Assembly (NCBI RefSeq): GCF_032191835.1
Contig: NC_083239.1
Location: 39,060,001-39,124,000 of the forward strand
DNA from: Heteronotia binoei
Taxonomy: Eukaryota
Length of the DNA stretch: 64,000 nucleotides
Direction: 5' to 3'
Positions within the stretch are counted from its first letter, which is position 1; every line of letters begins with the position of its first letter. Below are positions 23,179-34,900 of this stretch, piece by piece. The position numbers and the translations under genes are program-made. Below the pieces are notes generated by a model. It was not told the DNA's origin and did not search any database. It saw only the letters and a program-made list of their open reading frames with translations.

Positions 23179-23479
23179 GGTTGTTGGCTTGAAGAGTGTC
23201 TGAACTCTAGAAAAAGGGAGCACTGAAGCATGTTGTGCCATGAAGCTAGTAGATCCCAGCAAAAAGGAATCACCAGTTGAATCACAGCTTGTCTCATGGG
23301 AAGTCGTCTATGGTCACCCCAACAATACCTGATAGTATGGTGGGAATAGGACAGCAACAGAAGTGAGGCATTGTTCAGGGAGTTCAGATCTGGCTGGCAG
23401 TAGTAAGCATGACTTGACCTGACCATCCATATCCCCAGAAGAGCTTTTACAGTAGTCTGGGCTATGATGGGTACTGGTG

Positions 23480-25560
23480 CCCCCAGCAACTTCATAGGCA
23501 GCAACGAGGGCAAAAGAACATCCCTACCACACCAATGGAAGTAATAGATGGGCATCCTCAGGCATGTGGCCCACTGACACAGGAGACTAAACAAGCCGTC
23601 AGGTGGAAGGCCATTGTGAAAAGCCAGACTTTGACCCAGTAGGGATCCCTCACTTGCCTGTCTTAGGGCTTCCCGGGTTTGCTCAGCATGATCCTACGAT
23701 TTCCCGGAGTACCTGAACCAGTCTTTAACTCAAAAGTATTGTCAGTGGGCCTGCCTCCAGAAGCCAAGTATCCTGGTCGCTGTGACTCTCATCTTCAAAA
23801 GAGCTCCCAAGTATCCTGATCTCCAGGATGTCTTCAACTCACTAGAGCAGGGGTGTCAAACATGTGGACCAGGGGCCAAATTAGGCCCCCGGAGGGCTCC
23901 TATCAGGCCCCCGAGCAACTGGCTTTCATCTGCTTCCTTCGCCCTCTCTCTTGCTTCCTTCTGCATAACAGCTTGCTTTGCAAGGTTTGATCAAATGCAC
24001 AGGAGCTAGAGAGCAAAACCTCTATTTTCTCCATTAGCTGAAGCTCCTTCCTTGAGGAGGAAGGGGGGGAGGTAGAGCTTGCTTTGCCAGGCTTTCTCAA
24101 TCCCACAATAAAGCTACTGAGCCAAGCCTCTCTTCCTTCTATTGGCTAAGGCTCCTCCCTCTCTTTGTGCCCTGGGGAAGGAAGGAAAAAGCCAGAGCTT
24201 CCTTTGCCCAGTTCCCTGGCTTGCACAGGAATATCTCTGCTACCTAATCTTAAATAGGTACACACATGGCCCGGCCCAACATGGTCTCATTTATGTCAGA
24301 TTTGGCCCTCATAACAAATGAGCTCGACACCCCTGCACTAGAAGCTGATCTCAACATCCATATACTTGTGCTGTTGATTTGGTTCCTGGGGTGTTCATTC
24401 CCGCTGGCCAGTCGTACCCCCCTCCCTGAACCTGAATGGGCAGCCATTTTAGATCTCATTGAGAAGAATCTGCAGTGGGGCTTCATTCAACCATCTGCCA
24501 CCATGGTGGATGCTCTGGTGAGGTTTGTCAAGAAGATGTGTGGGGAGCTGTGGCTCTGTAACTATAGAGGGAGCCAGTTTGGTGTAATGGTTAAGTGTGC
24601 GGACTCTTATCTGGGAGAACTGGGTTTGATTCCCCACTCCTTCACTTGAAGCTGCTGGAATGGCCTTGGGTCAGCCATAGCTATTGCAGGAGTTGTCCTT
24701 GAAAGGGCAGCTGCTGTAAAAAGCTCTCTCAGCCCCACCTACCTCACAGGGTGTCTGTTGTGGCGGGGGGGAGGTAAAGGAGATTGTGACCACTCTGAGA
24801 TTCAGAGTATAGGATGGGATATAAATCCAATATCATCATCAACATCATCTTCTTCACCAGCTCCTGAATAAAGTTTCTATCCACAACAGGTACGCATTAA
24901 CCTCTGAACCCAGAACTAGCCTTAGAAAAGCCGCAATTTCTACAAAGCTGGATCTCCCAGGGGCATATAATTCAATACTCCCTCTAAGCTGTGGGTTCCT
25001 GTGAGCAAAAATTCTACTTCCTGAGCTACTGGCATTAAAGTTGTGAGCTCTTGCATAAATTAGTGTGCTCTGGGGCCATTTTTTCCTGAGCTAAGACAAA
25101 AATGTGTGAGCCAGATGCTAAGAAACTATGAGCTAGCTCACACTAACTCTGCTTAGAGGGAACACTGAGCATATTACTTGATACAAATTTGGGAAAGAGA
25201 GAAGTGGAAGACAGCCTTCCAGACCCAGTATGGACATTTTTGAGTATACCATAATGCCATTTGGCCTCTGTGATGTGCCAGCAATGTCCCAGAAGTTCAT
25301 AAATTACACGTTCTGCGGCATCCTTGACCATTTTGTGATTATTGACCTTGGTGACATTCTCATCTTCTTTGAGACCCCCAGACAGCGTGTGAATAAGGTG
25401 CTGCAATGGCTATGAGAATTTAAGCAGTATGCCAAATTAGAGTAACGCAGTTTCACCACATCTGGGAATGAGGCAATATCCTGTGCACAGTGCTGAGACT
25501 GTAACAACAGAGGATCAGGGTTTGCCAGCGCCCTAAATCAGCAGTTATACTGGATGGACC
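23480..25560 (+). mobile_element. Decayed Gypsy/Ty3 LTR-retrotransposon pol relic (protease-RT)
   Basis: Frame-broken matches to VLGLP..AQHDPTIS (protease), YPDLQDVF, CAVDLVPG..IPAGQSYPLPEPE, NLQWGFIQPS, FVKK, KLDLPGAYN and WKTAFQTQYGHFEY.IMPFGL. YLDD has decayed to DLGD. Confidence 0.85.
23848..24335. mobile_element. hAT-type MITE inserted in the Gypsy relic
   Basis: TIRs CAGGGGTGTC...GACACCCCTG, 8-bp TSD cactagag/cactagaa. Confidence 0.85.
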
Positions 25561-25592
25561 CCTCTGCCCCTTTGCAGACCAGGCAAGCGTGA

Positions 25593-26210
25593 ACATATGA
25601 AGCTGCCGTATACTGAATCAGACCCTCAGTCCATCAAAATCAGTATTGTCTACTCAGACTGGCAGCGGCTCTCCAGGGTCTCAAGCTGAGGTTTTTCACG
25701 CCTACTTGCCTGGACCCTTTTTAGTTGGGAGATGCCGGGGATTGAACCTGGGACCTTCTGCTTACCCAGCAGATGCTCTGCCACTGAGCCGCAGCCCCAT
25801 TCATGGCTCTCCAGGGTCTCAAGCTGAGGTTTTCCACGCCTATTTGCCTGGACCCTTTTTAGTTGGAGATGCCAGGGATTGAACCTGGGACCTTCTGCTT
25901 ACCCAGCAGATGCTCTGCCACTGAGCCGCAGCCCCATTCAAGGCTCTCCAGGGTCTCAAGCTGAGGTTTTCCACGCCTATTTGCCTGGACCCTTTTTAGT
26001 TAAAGATGCGAGGGATTGAACCTGGGACCTTCTGCTTACCAAGCAGATGCTCTGCCACTGAGCCGCAGCCCCATTCATGGCTCTCCAGGGTCCCAAGCTG
26101 AGGTTTTCCACGCCTATTTGCCTGGACCCTTTTTAGTTGGAGATGCCAGGGATTGAACCTGGGACCTTCTACTTCCCAAGCAGATGCTCTACCACTGAGC
26201 TACCATCCCT
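25593..26210 (-). repeat. Tandem array of four 137-138-bp tRNA-derived SINE units plus one SINE tail
   Basis: Unit starts (ggctctccaggg) at 25667, 25805, 25942 and 26079. Each unit has (T/C)RGCTCAGTGG and GGTTCAATCC boxes on the minus strand. Confidence 0.9.
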
Positions 26211-26519
26211 CCCTGAAGCTGCTGAAGCCTGACCAAGGATGGACCCAGGTAGGCAAGGAGCCAGTGCCACCCTGTGAGCTGGGTTGTTGTGAAGCCTGCT
26301 GGTGGAGGAGCAGCTGGCGGTTACCTGTTCTTCCTCTTTCCCTTTGTGGGAGTGGCGGCAAGCAGGCTGGGCAAGCGGGCCCTAACAGTCAGTGCCACTG
26401 CTGATCGCGCTGTGCACATGGGTAGCAACACTGGAAGCACTGCATGGTGCTGTCGCTTACCCCATGACCTAGAAGCTGCCTTATATTGAATCAGACCCTT
26501 GGTCCATCGAAGTGAGTAT

Positions 26520-27058
26520 TGTCTTTAGGGTTTGTAGAATCTTTCGGGCTCAAGTGCCGTGTTCTACTGGAGAAAGTTTTTCTTCCAGACGTTTCGTTCT
26601 CGGCTGCGGAGAACATCCTCAGTGGCGTTGCAGCCGGAGCAGGCGCTCTGACCTTCTTGGCTGCTGTGCATTGAGTGAGGCCAGGGCTGCTGGAGAGCTG
26701 CTATTTCTAGGCTGGAGGGGGTGTGGTGAAAGGGCAATAGGTTTGTGGATGTGCCCATTGTTTGGTGGGGCTTCCTGGAAGGGTAGTGATAAGGAAACTG
26801 GCTGTTGAATGTGACCATTGTTCTGTGTTAATTGCTGGGAGGGTTGGAAGGGGTGTGAAGAAAAGGAAGATGGTTGTTGACTGTGCTGATTGTTCTGTGA
26901 ATTTCTGCAATTTATAGTCTGTAGGGTGTTTTGCAGAGCTGGATACCAAGATTGGTGGATGAAAATGCCTTCTTCCTTTCTGTTAAAGTTGTGCTGGTGT
27001 TTGTAGATCTCAATAGCTTCTCTGTTCAGGCGGGTATGATAATGTATCAGTATTGTCC
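26520..27058 (-). mobile_element. Penelope-like retroelement 3' fragment (GIY-YIG C-terminus plus HHR-bearing terminal repeat)
   Basis: The minus strand encodes a degenerate YHTRLNREAIEIYKH..NFNRKEEG...W.PAL, typical of PLE endonuclease ends. Carries the HHR. Flanked by an agtattgtc duplication. Confidence 0.75.
26585..26625 (-). ncRNA. Minimal type-I hammerhead ribozyme motif in a Penelope 3' repeat
   Basis: Minus strand reads CCA-CTGAGGA-T-GTTCTC(cgcagcc)GAGAAC-GAAA-CG-TC-TGG: full core, 6-bp stem II, ACGT palindromic stem III, GUC site, 3-bp stem I. Confidence 0.75.
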
Positions 27059-30000
27059 ATTCCAGGGGTGGAATTCTAGCAGGAGCTCCTTTGCATATGA
27101 GGCCACCCCCCGCAATGTAGCCAATCCTCTGAGAGCTTACAAGGTTCTTTTTTGTAAGCTCTTGGAGGATTGGCTACATTGGGGGGGGGGGTGTGGTCTA
27201 ATATGCAAAGGAGCTCCTGCTAGAATTCCACCTCTGGTCTATTCAGACTAGCAGAAGGCTCTCCAGGGTCTCAGGCAGAGGTCTTTCACATCCCCTGACC
27301 CTTTTAATTGGAGATGTCAGGGACCGGACATGAGACCCTTTTGCATGCCAATCAGATGTTCTGCCACTCCCTCCCTACAAGCCTGGAGATCACGATTATG
27401 GGATTATTTCCTTTCTGGGTAAGCTTTACGCATTTAGTTCTAATATACAGACAGAACTCGGTCAAGAGAAGCTTATTGCCCTTTGGTTCCCAATAATTTC
27501 TTCTCTAACTAAAAACGATGTTCTCCCTAAAAACAAATGTTCTCATGATCTTATTTACTTTTGACTTGTCTGATATATATAAGCACTGAGTAGTTATGCT
27601 TCTCTGGGAATGCCTGCTCTTCACAGTTAAAAAACAATGTAAGCTGGTTTGAAATACTGACTGCTTGTACATATCCGCCTTACAACTAAAAAGGTCAAGG
27701 TCGTCCCCTGTGCAAGCACCAGTCGTTTCCGGCTCTGGGGTGACGTTGCTTTCACAACGTTTACAAGGCAGACTTTTTACGGGGTGGTTTACCATTGCCT
27801 TCCCCAGCCATCTACACTTTCCCCCCAGCAAGCTGGGTGCTCATTTTACTGACCTCGGAAGAATGGAAGGCGGAGTCAACCTGGAGCCAGCTACCTGAAC
27901 CAGCTTCCACTGGGATCGAACTCAGGTTGTGAGCAGAGCTTAGGACTGCAGTACTGCAGCTTTACCACTCTGCATCACGGGACTGGGGGGAAAGTGTAGA
28001 TGACTGGAGAAGGCAAAAGCAAACCACCCCGTAAAAAGTCTGCCATGAAAACATTGTGAAAGCAACATCACCCCAGAGTCGAAAACGACTGGTGCTTGCA
28101 CAGGGGACGACCTTGACCTTTGCCTTACAACTACCAGACTATATTTTCAAAATTTATCTTGTATTTAGTTTTATGCTTCTGGAGTGATCGTGCTGTCCCC
28201 CGTATGGAAATATTGCTGCCTCTTTGTTGTTTGGTTTGGTTTGGTCTATTGAAAAAAACCGTAATTAAAAAACAAACGTGCATAAGTAATAAAAAAATGT
28301 TCTGCCACTGAGCCACAAAGCCTCCTTTTGCTACCAGTAAACATCCTTCGATCCCGCTGCCCTCTGGTAACCTAGGCGACTTTCTGGGTCCACCTAATGG
28401 GTGGGCTGGTGTAGTAACAAAAGGAAATGCTCTGCTGTATTGAGTGAATGTTCTCTTGAAAGGCCGTGAGAGTTGATATACTCACCGGTTAAGAGATATT
28501 ACGGAAACAGGTCTTGGCCACTCTGCCTGGGAGACAATGGCTTTTCCATTCTGACAAGTACCTTACGTAATAATTCCCTCACATCTGACATGTTTGCCCG
28601 AGCAATGCTGTTGACCCACTCCGGTCAAGCTGGGCTGTATCACTCTGAAGGACTCTCTTTTTAATATAAAAAAATACTTTTTTTGGAATATGCTGGCATA
28701 TTGCGTAGAACAGAACTGCTCCGATACAGCCACATGACTGTTTTCTGCAGGTCTGGTTATACATTTCTGCTTGAAGGACACAATTTGTTCAGCTTCCCCC
28801 GCTCTTCATTATCCACTTTTCCTCAATAAATCTGATTTCTTTCAAGAGGCTTCCTCTGTTAACGTCCGTTGCGTGTAGAAGAAGAAGAAGAAGAAGATAT
28901 TGGATTTATATCCCGCCCTCCACTCCGAAGAGTCTCAGAGCGGCTCACAATCTCCTTTACCTTCCTCCCCCACAACAGACACCCTGTGAGGTGGGTGGGG
29001 CTGGAGAGGGCTCTCACAGCAGCTGCCCTTTCAAGGACAACCTCTGCCAGAGCTATGGCTGACCAAGGCCATGCCAGCAGGTGCAAGTGGAGGAGTGGGG
29101 AATCAAACCCGGTTCTCCCAGATAAGAGTCCACACTCTTAACCACTACACCAAACTGGCTCTCCACACCAAACTTGTCTTCTGACGTAAATACCTTGATC
29201 ATTTTTTTTTGGCTTCCCCCTGACACTTTTTTCACGCCAACCTTTGCATCTCAGTGTATGGTATAAACTTTCTATGTGGCGCCACTTTCTGTATGACAAC
29301 ACATTCCCCATTGTTTTTCTTCAGCCAGTTTCGAAAACATTCCATTTCCCACAGTTTTATTTTCCCCCCATACATCTTTAGAATGTTATTGAAATGATCT
29401 TGATGGTTTCTTCTCTTCCCTCATAGCTGGTTTTGTTCTCCGGGCTTGTCTTCTGAAGTATGAAAACATTAATATTGCATACAGACAGGTGTCGTTTTGT
29501 AGAAAAATAGGTGGTGGAGCTCATTAGCATATGCCGCTCCCTCAACAGCTAAAAGCAACCTGACACAAGAAAGGAGAGCCCCAGGCAAGCAAGGCCTGCT
29601 TGAGCTGACTACAGATCCAGCCAGCCCAAGCAGGCCTCGCTCCCCTGGGGCTCTACTCGGCCACCCACCCCGCAGTCAAAAGGCCAGTAAGCCACCCACC
29701 ACCCAGAATCACATAAGAAGTGGAGAAAGGCTGGTGTGGGCTTCTCCAGGAGTTAATGAGGGCTGCTGAGGGTGTGGCAAAGCTCCTGGTGGCTGGCTGG
29801 CTGCTCGCTCTCCTAATCCAGGGATTGTTATGCTGCTGCACCTACTAATCAGTGGACAAGGCAGTTGGGGAGGAAGAGGGGAAACCCTCAGAAAAGTTCA
29901 GGAGCTGTGCTCCTGTGAGCTCCTGCTGAATCCCAGGCCTGCATACAGATGTCATTGGACTTTATTTTTTGGGGGGTGGGGGTGAGGAGATGGTATAACT

Positions 30001-30907
30001 TCTTAGGCAGTCATTCCCTTCCGCACAAGTCCTGTCTCTCCTCCAGGGCTCTGAACCAATCCTTGTGATTCTGACCTCGTGAAAATCCAAGTGATTGTCA
30101 GTTAATCAGAACCCACGGAACGCTACCAGATGGGAACTGGTGAGCCAACCTCAGCCATAGAAGCGGCAGGAATTCCACCCCTCCACCCCCCCAGATAGGG
30201 AAATTTGAGGTTCTGGATAAGAGCTTTGCCAGGTTTTTATTTAGCTTTTAGTCAGCATCTGGGGAATGGAACTTGTTTTAATAAGACAAACAAGCCTCCT
30301 GTTTGAGGGCTCAAGATACTTAGCTTCAGGCCTCATTTTGGGCAGCAGCTCACAGGACTGGAGCTCTGGAACCTCTAAATTTTATTGTGCTCTTTCTTTC
30401 TTACCCCCTCCCCTCCAAATATTTGCTCCTGGGCTTCATTTCAAACCCCCTGTGAGAATTTTGCTAAACTCTAAGATTTGACAAACTTTCTAATATTTTT
30501 TCCTCACATCAAAATAGGGAAGTAATCAAAACATATAAAGCAGACAGATGCCACTGTGGCCACATAGGAGGAAGAGATTTAAAACGTATGATGGGAGTAA
30601 GGTTTTATTATGATTAATTATAATTCAAGAAGCCTTTTAAGGTAGATGCTGAGCTGAATTTAGTACACCTTCCGGTGATGTCAGGGGTGTGTGGCATATG
30701 CAAATTTGTTGTGCTAAAGAGCTCCGGCACCTCTTTTTCTACAAAATTGACGTCTGCTTAACTTGTGTTAGAAGGAAGTACTTCTTGACATGTGGAATTC
30801 ACTGCCACAGGAGGTGGCGGCGGCTACAAGTATAGCCAGCTTCAAGAGGGGGTTAGATAAAAATATGGAGCAGAAGTCCATCACTGGCTATTAGCCACAG
30901 TGTGTGC

Positions 30908-30908
<1 letters not shown>

Positions 30909-30952
<44 letters not shown>
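30909..30952. repeat. (TA)22 microsatellite within a CR1 3' UTR
   Basis: Direct read. Confidence 0.95.
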
Positions 30953-30956
<4 letters not shown>

Positions 30957-31822
30957 CCACTGTGTGACACAGAGTGTTGGACTGGATGGGCCATTGGCCT
31001 GATGCAACAGGGCTTCTCTTATGTTCTTATGTTACACAGAGTGTTGGACTGGAGGGGCCACTGGCCTGATGCAACATGGCTTCTCTTATGTTCTTATGTC
31101 AACAGGTTCTGTGGCCAATAGAGTTCTCTGCATTAAAAGAGCAACTTTGGGAATGGTTTGGACGCACGGATCCTCAGGGTTTTTGCATTGAGTCAGAGCT
31201 GACTCACCCACTAGGCAAACTAGGCATTAGCCTAGGGTGCCAGCAGGGTGGGGTGCGCCAGATTGGCCTTCCCCACTCTCCATGCCCTAGACAAATCCCT
31301 ACTTTGCCTCTTCCTCTGCCTGCCAGCCTCCCCCCCCCCCCAGTAGCTCTCCCGCCGTCCTCTTCCTCCGCCCACTTGGCCTTTCTCCTCAGTAGCCTGC
31401 CCGCCCCTTCCCCCCCTCACCCTCCATCTTCTTCCTCCGCCCGGCACTTCCCCTCCTCCTTAGCTCACTCACCCCGCCTCCTCCCTGTGAGCTTCCCAGA
31501 GGCCACCCCCCCAGCACACTCACAGGAGCAACGCCAGCCTCTTGCTTATCTGCTTCAGTGGGCATCGTAGCACAGCGTTCTCTTAATAGCAAGCAGGAAG
31601 AATGTTGTACTACGATGCCCACCGAAGTGAGTAAGCAGGAAGCTGGCATCACTCCTGTGAGCACGCCGGGGGGGGAGAGGCAGTGGAGCGTGGCACCAAG
31701 TTGCGGCAGCCCAGAGAAGATGGGAGGGGGCGGCCTGGGGGTGCCCATGTGGAGGGGGGCGGTGGGCAGATGGTCCACCTGGGGTGCCACGTGCCCTAGG
31801 GCCGGGCCTGCATTGGGTTATG

Positions 31823-32400
31823 CCAACATCACCATCAAATCACATATTATTTCCATGGCCACAAAAATCACAGATCCACCGCTTCATGGTGACAAAACAG
31901 GGTTCCTGACCACAGATCCTTATGGCTTTTGCTTTGGATCACCTGAAGTTCACAATCAAATAACATAGGATGTCCATGGGCAGAGCTTACACCACAGAAA
32001 TCACAGATCCGAGCCTTCATGGCGACACGATGCTGCAAAAACAAGGTTCAGAAGCACGGATCCTCACGGCTCCTCAAGGTTTTTGCTTTGGATCACCCCA
32101 AGCTCACCATCAAATCACATATGTCTATGGGCAGAGCTTCCACCGTCTCTGTTTTTGCAGCATGTTGTCGCCATGAAGCCGTGGATCTGTGATGTTTTGT
32201 GGTGTCAGCTGTTGCCACCGTCATGATATGTGATTTGATGGTGATGTTGGGGTAATCCAACACAAAAATCCTGAGCATCCCAGAGAATCCGTGCTTCAAA
32301 ACCATGTTTTTGCAGTGTGGCGTTGCCACAAAGCTGTGGATCTGTGATTTCTGCGCAAGCTCTGCCCACAGTCACGGTGTGTGATTTGACGGTGATGAGA
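31823..32400. repeat. Fold-back structure built of ~120-155-bp modules (three forward, two inverted)
   Basis: caccatcaaatcacata module at ~31830, 31951 and 32106, inverted at ~32228 and 32379. Perfect 25-nt inverted pair 31823-31847 / 32226-32250. Confidence 0.8.
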
Positions 32401-32747
32401 ACCAGTTTCACTTGATATACTGAAGTAATCCACTAACAACCCTTTAATGAAAGCTCGAGTCCCCCTTTTTACCCGATTCTGGGCAACTGGGGTTTAAAGA
32501 ATCCACAGGAGAGGTCTGAGTGGGGGACTGACCCTTTTTCAATCCAATAGGCAGTTGCCCCAGAGTCCCGCCTCTTCCCTGCCATCACAACTCCCCTTCA
32601 TTAATTTATATGAACATCCATATTGGCATTCTTCTTCCCTGTTGATATACTTTTAAATACCCCTTTATTTTTTAAAAAAAAATGCTCTTGTGAGACGTTC
32701 ACGCTTTCCACGCACAAAGGGATTGCACTAGACCCATCCAATCAGCA

Positions 32748-32832
32748 TCATCTACTATTCCCCTCTCGTCGGAATCTCCCTCGAGCGAAAAAGACAAAGC
32801 ACGCGATAAAGAACAGGATGCCCGTCAAAACC
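32748..32832 (-). CDS. Siglec-B terminal coding exon (K-VLTGILFFIACFVFFARGRFRREGNSR*)
   Basis: ctaatgactctttttctcttgaaatctgcttcatag acceptor. Completes AA|G=Lys. Stop TGA at 32750-32748. AATAAA at 32669-32664. Confidence 0.85.
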
Positions 32833-33004
32833 CTATGAAGCAGATTTCAAGAGAAAAAGAGTCATTAGCCACAAGAGTGGGCCTAACCTGAAGGTCTGTG
32901 GAAGATCAGGAGGAATTCTTATTGCAACGTTTGTTCCTTTCATTGCTATTCTGCTTTTTTAGCCGAAGTGCCCAACAGGCACTTCTGGAGCTCAAAATCT
33001 GCTA

Positions 33005-33445
33005 TCCCTCCCCAGACCAAGGGAGGCCAGACTAAGCTCTACGCGGGCCAGGGCCTTCTCAGTGGCAGCACCAATGCTGTGGAATGCTCTCCCAGAGGCT
33101 GTAAGAGCCCTGCAGGATCTCTCCCAATTCCGCAGGGCCTGTAAAACTGAACTCTTTTGACAGGCCTATAACAACAAAGTGGGAGACGGCTGCCTCTTCT
33201 ATGCTGCTGAGCAATACCATCAGAAGGACCACTAACAGATAATTAGAAGAACTGTGACATCAAAAATAATCCAATCCGCCTATGTCAAAATTCTTGTATA
33301 GCACCAAATATTGAGTTTTAAATTGTTATTATTAAGTTTTATCGTTTTAGAATTGTAACTGAAATTGTTGTTTTAATATGACTGTTAGCTGCCCTGAGTC
33401 CGCTTGCGGAGTGGGCGGCATATAAATCTAAGGCAAATAAATAAA
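33005..33445 (+). mobile_element. LINE-2-like 3' fragment in the intron splitting the Siglec-B TM
   Basis: RAFSVAAP.LWN.LP-like coding remnant followed by gctgccctgagtccgcttgcggagtgggcggcatataaat..aaataaataaa tail. Confidence 0.7.
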
Positions 33446-33472
33446 AACAGGATAGAAGGGGGAAATACTCAC

Positions 33473-33536
33473 TTCAACAGGTACTGCATTATCACGAAGA
33501 TGGTCACCGTAGTCCCAAGAAACTGAGTCCGGGGTG
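33473..33536 (-). CDS. Siglec-B exon 5, stalk and first half of TM (PRTQFLGTTVTIFVIMQYLL-AA|)
   Basis: tttcctcatttcag acceptor, AA|GTGAGT donor, 64 nt. Confidence 0.85.
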
Positions 33537-34043
33537 CTGAAATGAGGAAACATTGGTCTGTTGAGATCCATGTGCTGTTGTCCAGCTAAGCCAGGAGTGG
33601 CCAAACTGTGGCTCTTTTACACATACTGCGTAGCTCTCAAAATGCTCACTGCCCTGTTGTCTCTTTAAATCACTTCTCTAAGCCAAGAGAATGTATTTAA
33701 AGTTAAAGTTGCTTTCCTTACAACCTCTCTCTCCCACCTCCCCCAACTTTTCTTTTTCTTTCTTTTCTTTTTCTCTTTCCTTCCTTCCTGCTCTCAAACA
33801 TCTGATGTTCATGTTTTGTGGCTCTCAAACATCTGATGTTCATGTTTTGTGGCTCTCAAACATCTGATGTTCATGTCTTGCAGCTCTCAAACATCTGACA
33901 TTTATTCTACGGTGTTAAGCAAGTCTGGCCGCCCCTGAGCTAAGCCCTCTGTGAACATCCCCAATGAAATAACCTGGGGAATCGTGGCTGAGGCGGGGGT
34001 GGGGGGGAGGCTTTGCAAAGGTATGTAAAGCATCACATCTCAC

Positions 34044-34097
34044 CAAGCTGTCTGTCCCTTGTTACATTCAGCGGTGTCTTGTCAAAATCAGGCGAAC
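34044..34097 (-). CDS. Siglec-B exon 4, linker (G)SPDFDKTPLNVTRDRQL
   Basis: atttgtgtttcag acceptor, G|GTGAGA donor, 54 nt, phase 1-1. Same size as the Siglec-A linker, with the N-x-T sequon at the same position. Confidence 0.82.
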
Positions 34098-34284
34098 CTG
34101 AAACACAAATAAGATAATGTTGAGGGCACCGGAAAGGGGAGCTGGAAGGAATTGGAGGAGGGGAGGCAGAAACTGATCTTGATGGGAAAGAAATGGCTAC
34201 CATTCATGAAGGAAGATGAAACAGGGGTTCCATGGCACCTTAAACACAAACAGAATTTGTTTCTGCGCAAACATTTGTGAAAAG

Positions 34285-34900
34285 GTGAATGCAATTTTGG
34301 GCTGTGTTCAGAAAGTATAGTGTCCAGATCACGTGAAGTGATGGTATCACTTTACTCTGCTCTGGTAAGACCTCATCTGAAGTATTGTGTTCAGTTTTGG
34401 ACACCGCATTTTAAGGATACAGATAAGCTGGAACGGGTCCAGAGGAGGGCGACGAAGATGGTGAGGGGTCTGGAGACCAAGTCCTATGAAGAAATGTTGA
34501 GGGAGCTGGGGATGTTTAGCCTGGAGAGGAGGCAGCTGAGAGGTGATATGATCACCATCTTCAAATACTTGAAGGGCTGTCATATAGAGGATGGTGTGGA
34601 ATTGTTTTCTGTGCTCACAGAAGGTTGAACCAGAACCAATGGGTTGAAATTAAATCAGAAGAATTTCCGGCTCCACATTAGGAAGAACTTCCTGACAGAG
34701 TGGTACCTCAACGGAACAGGCTTCCTCGGGAGGCTGTGGGCTCTCCTTCCTTGGAGATTATTAAACAGAGGCTAGATGGCCATCTGACAGCAATGCTGAT
34801 CCTGTGAATTTAGGGGGAGGTGTTTGTGAATTTCCTGCATGGTGCAGGGGGCTGGACAAGATGACCCTGAGAGGATCCCTTCCAACTCTATGATCCTATG
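34285..34900 (+). mobile_element. CR1 LINE 3' end
   Basis: [17 protein letters not shown]...[16 protein letters not shown], ending in a tccaactctatgatcctatg tail. Confidence 0.92.

Noticed and set aside
25667-26210. tRNA genes or CRISPR-like array
   Set aside because: The units are contiguous SINE heads plus bodies with no unique spacers and no proper acceptor stem. The context is eukaryotic with no cas genes.
28689-28706. ITSM-like TQYASI in a minus-strand ORF (possible lost inhibitory Siglec tail)
   Set aside because: No acceptor with a pyrimidine tract, no second ITIM and no paralogous exon. A 6-residue match is expected by chance.
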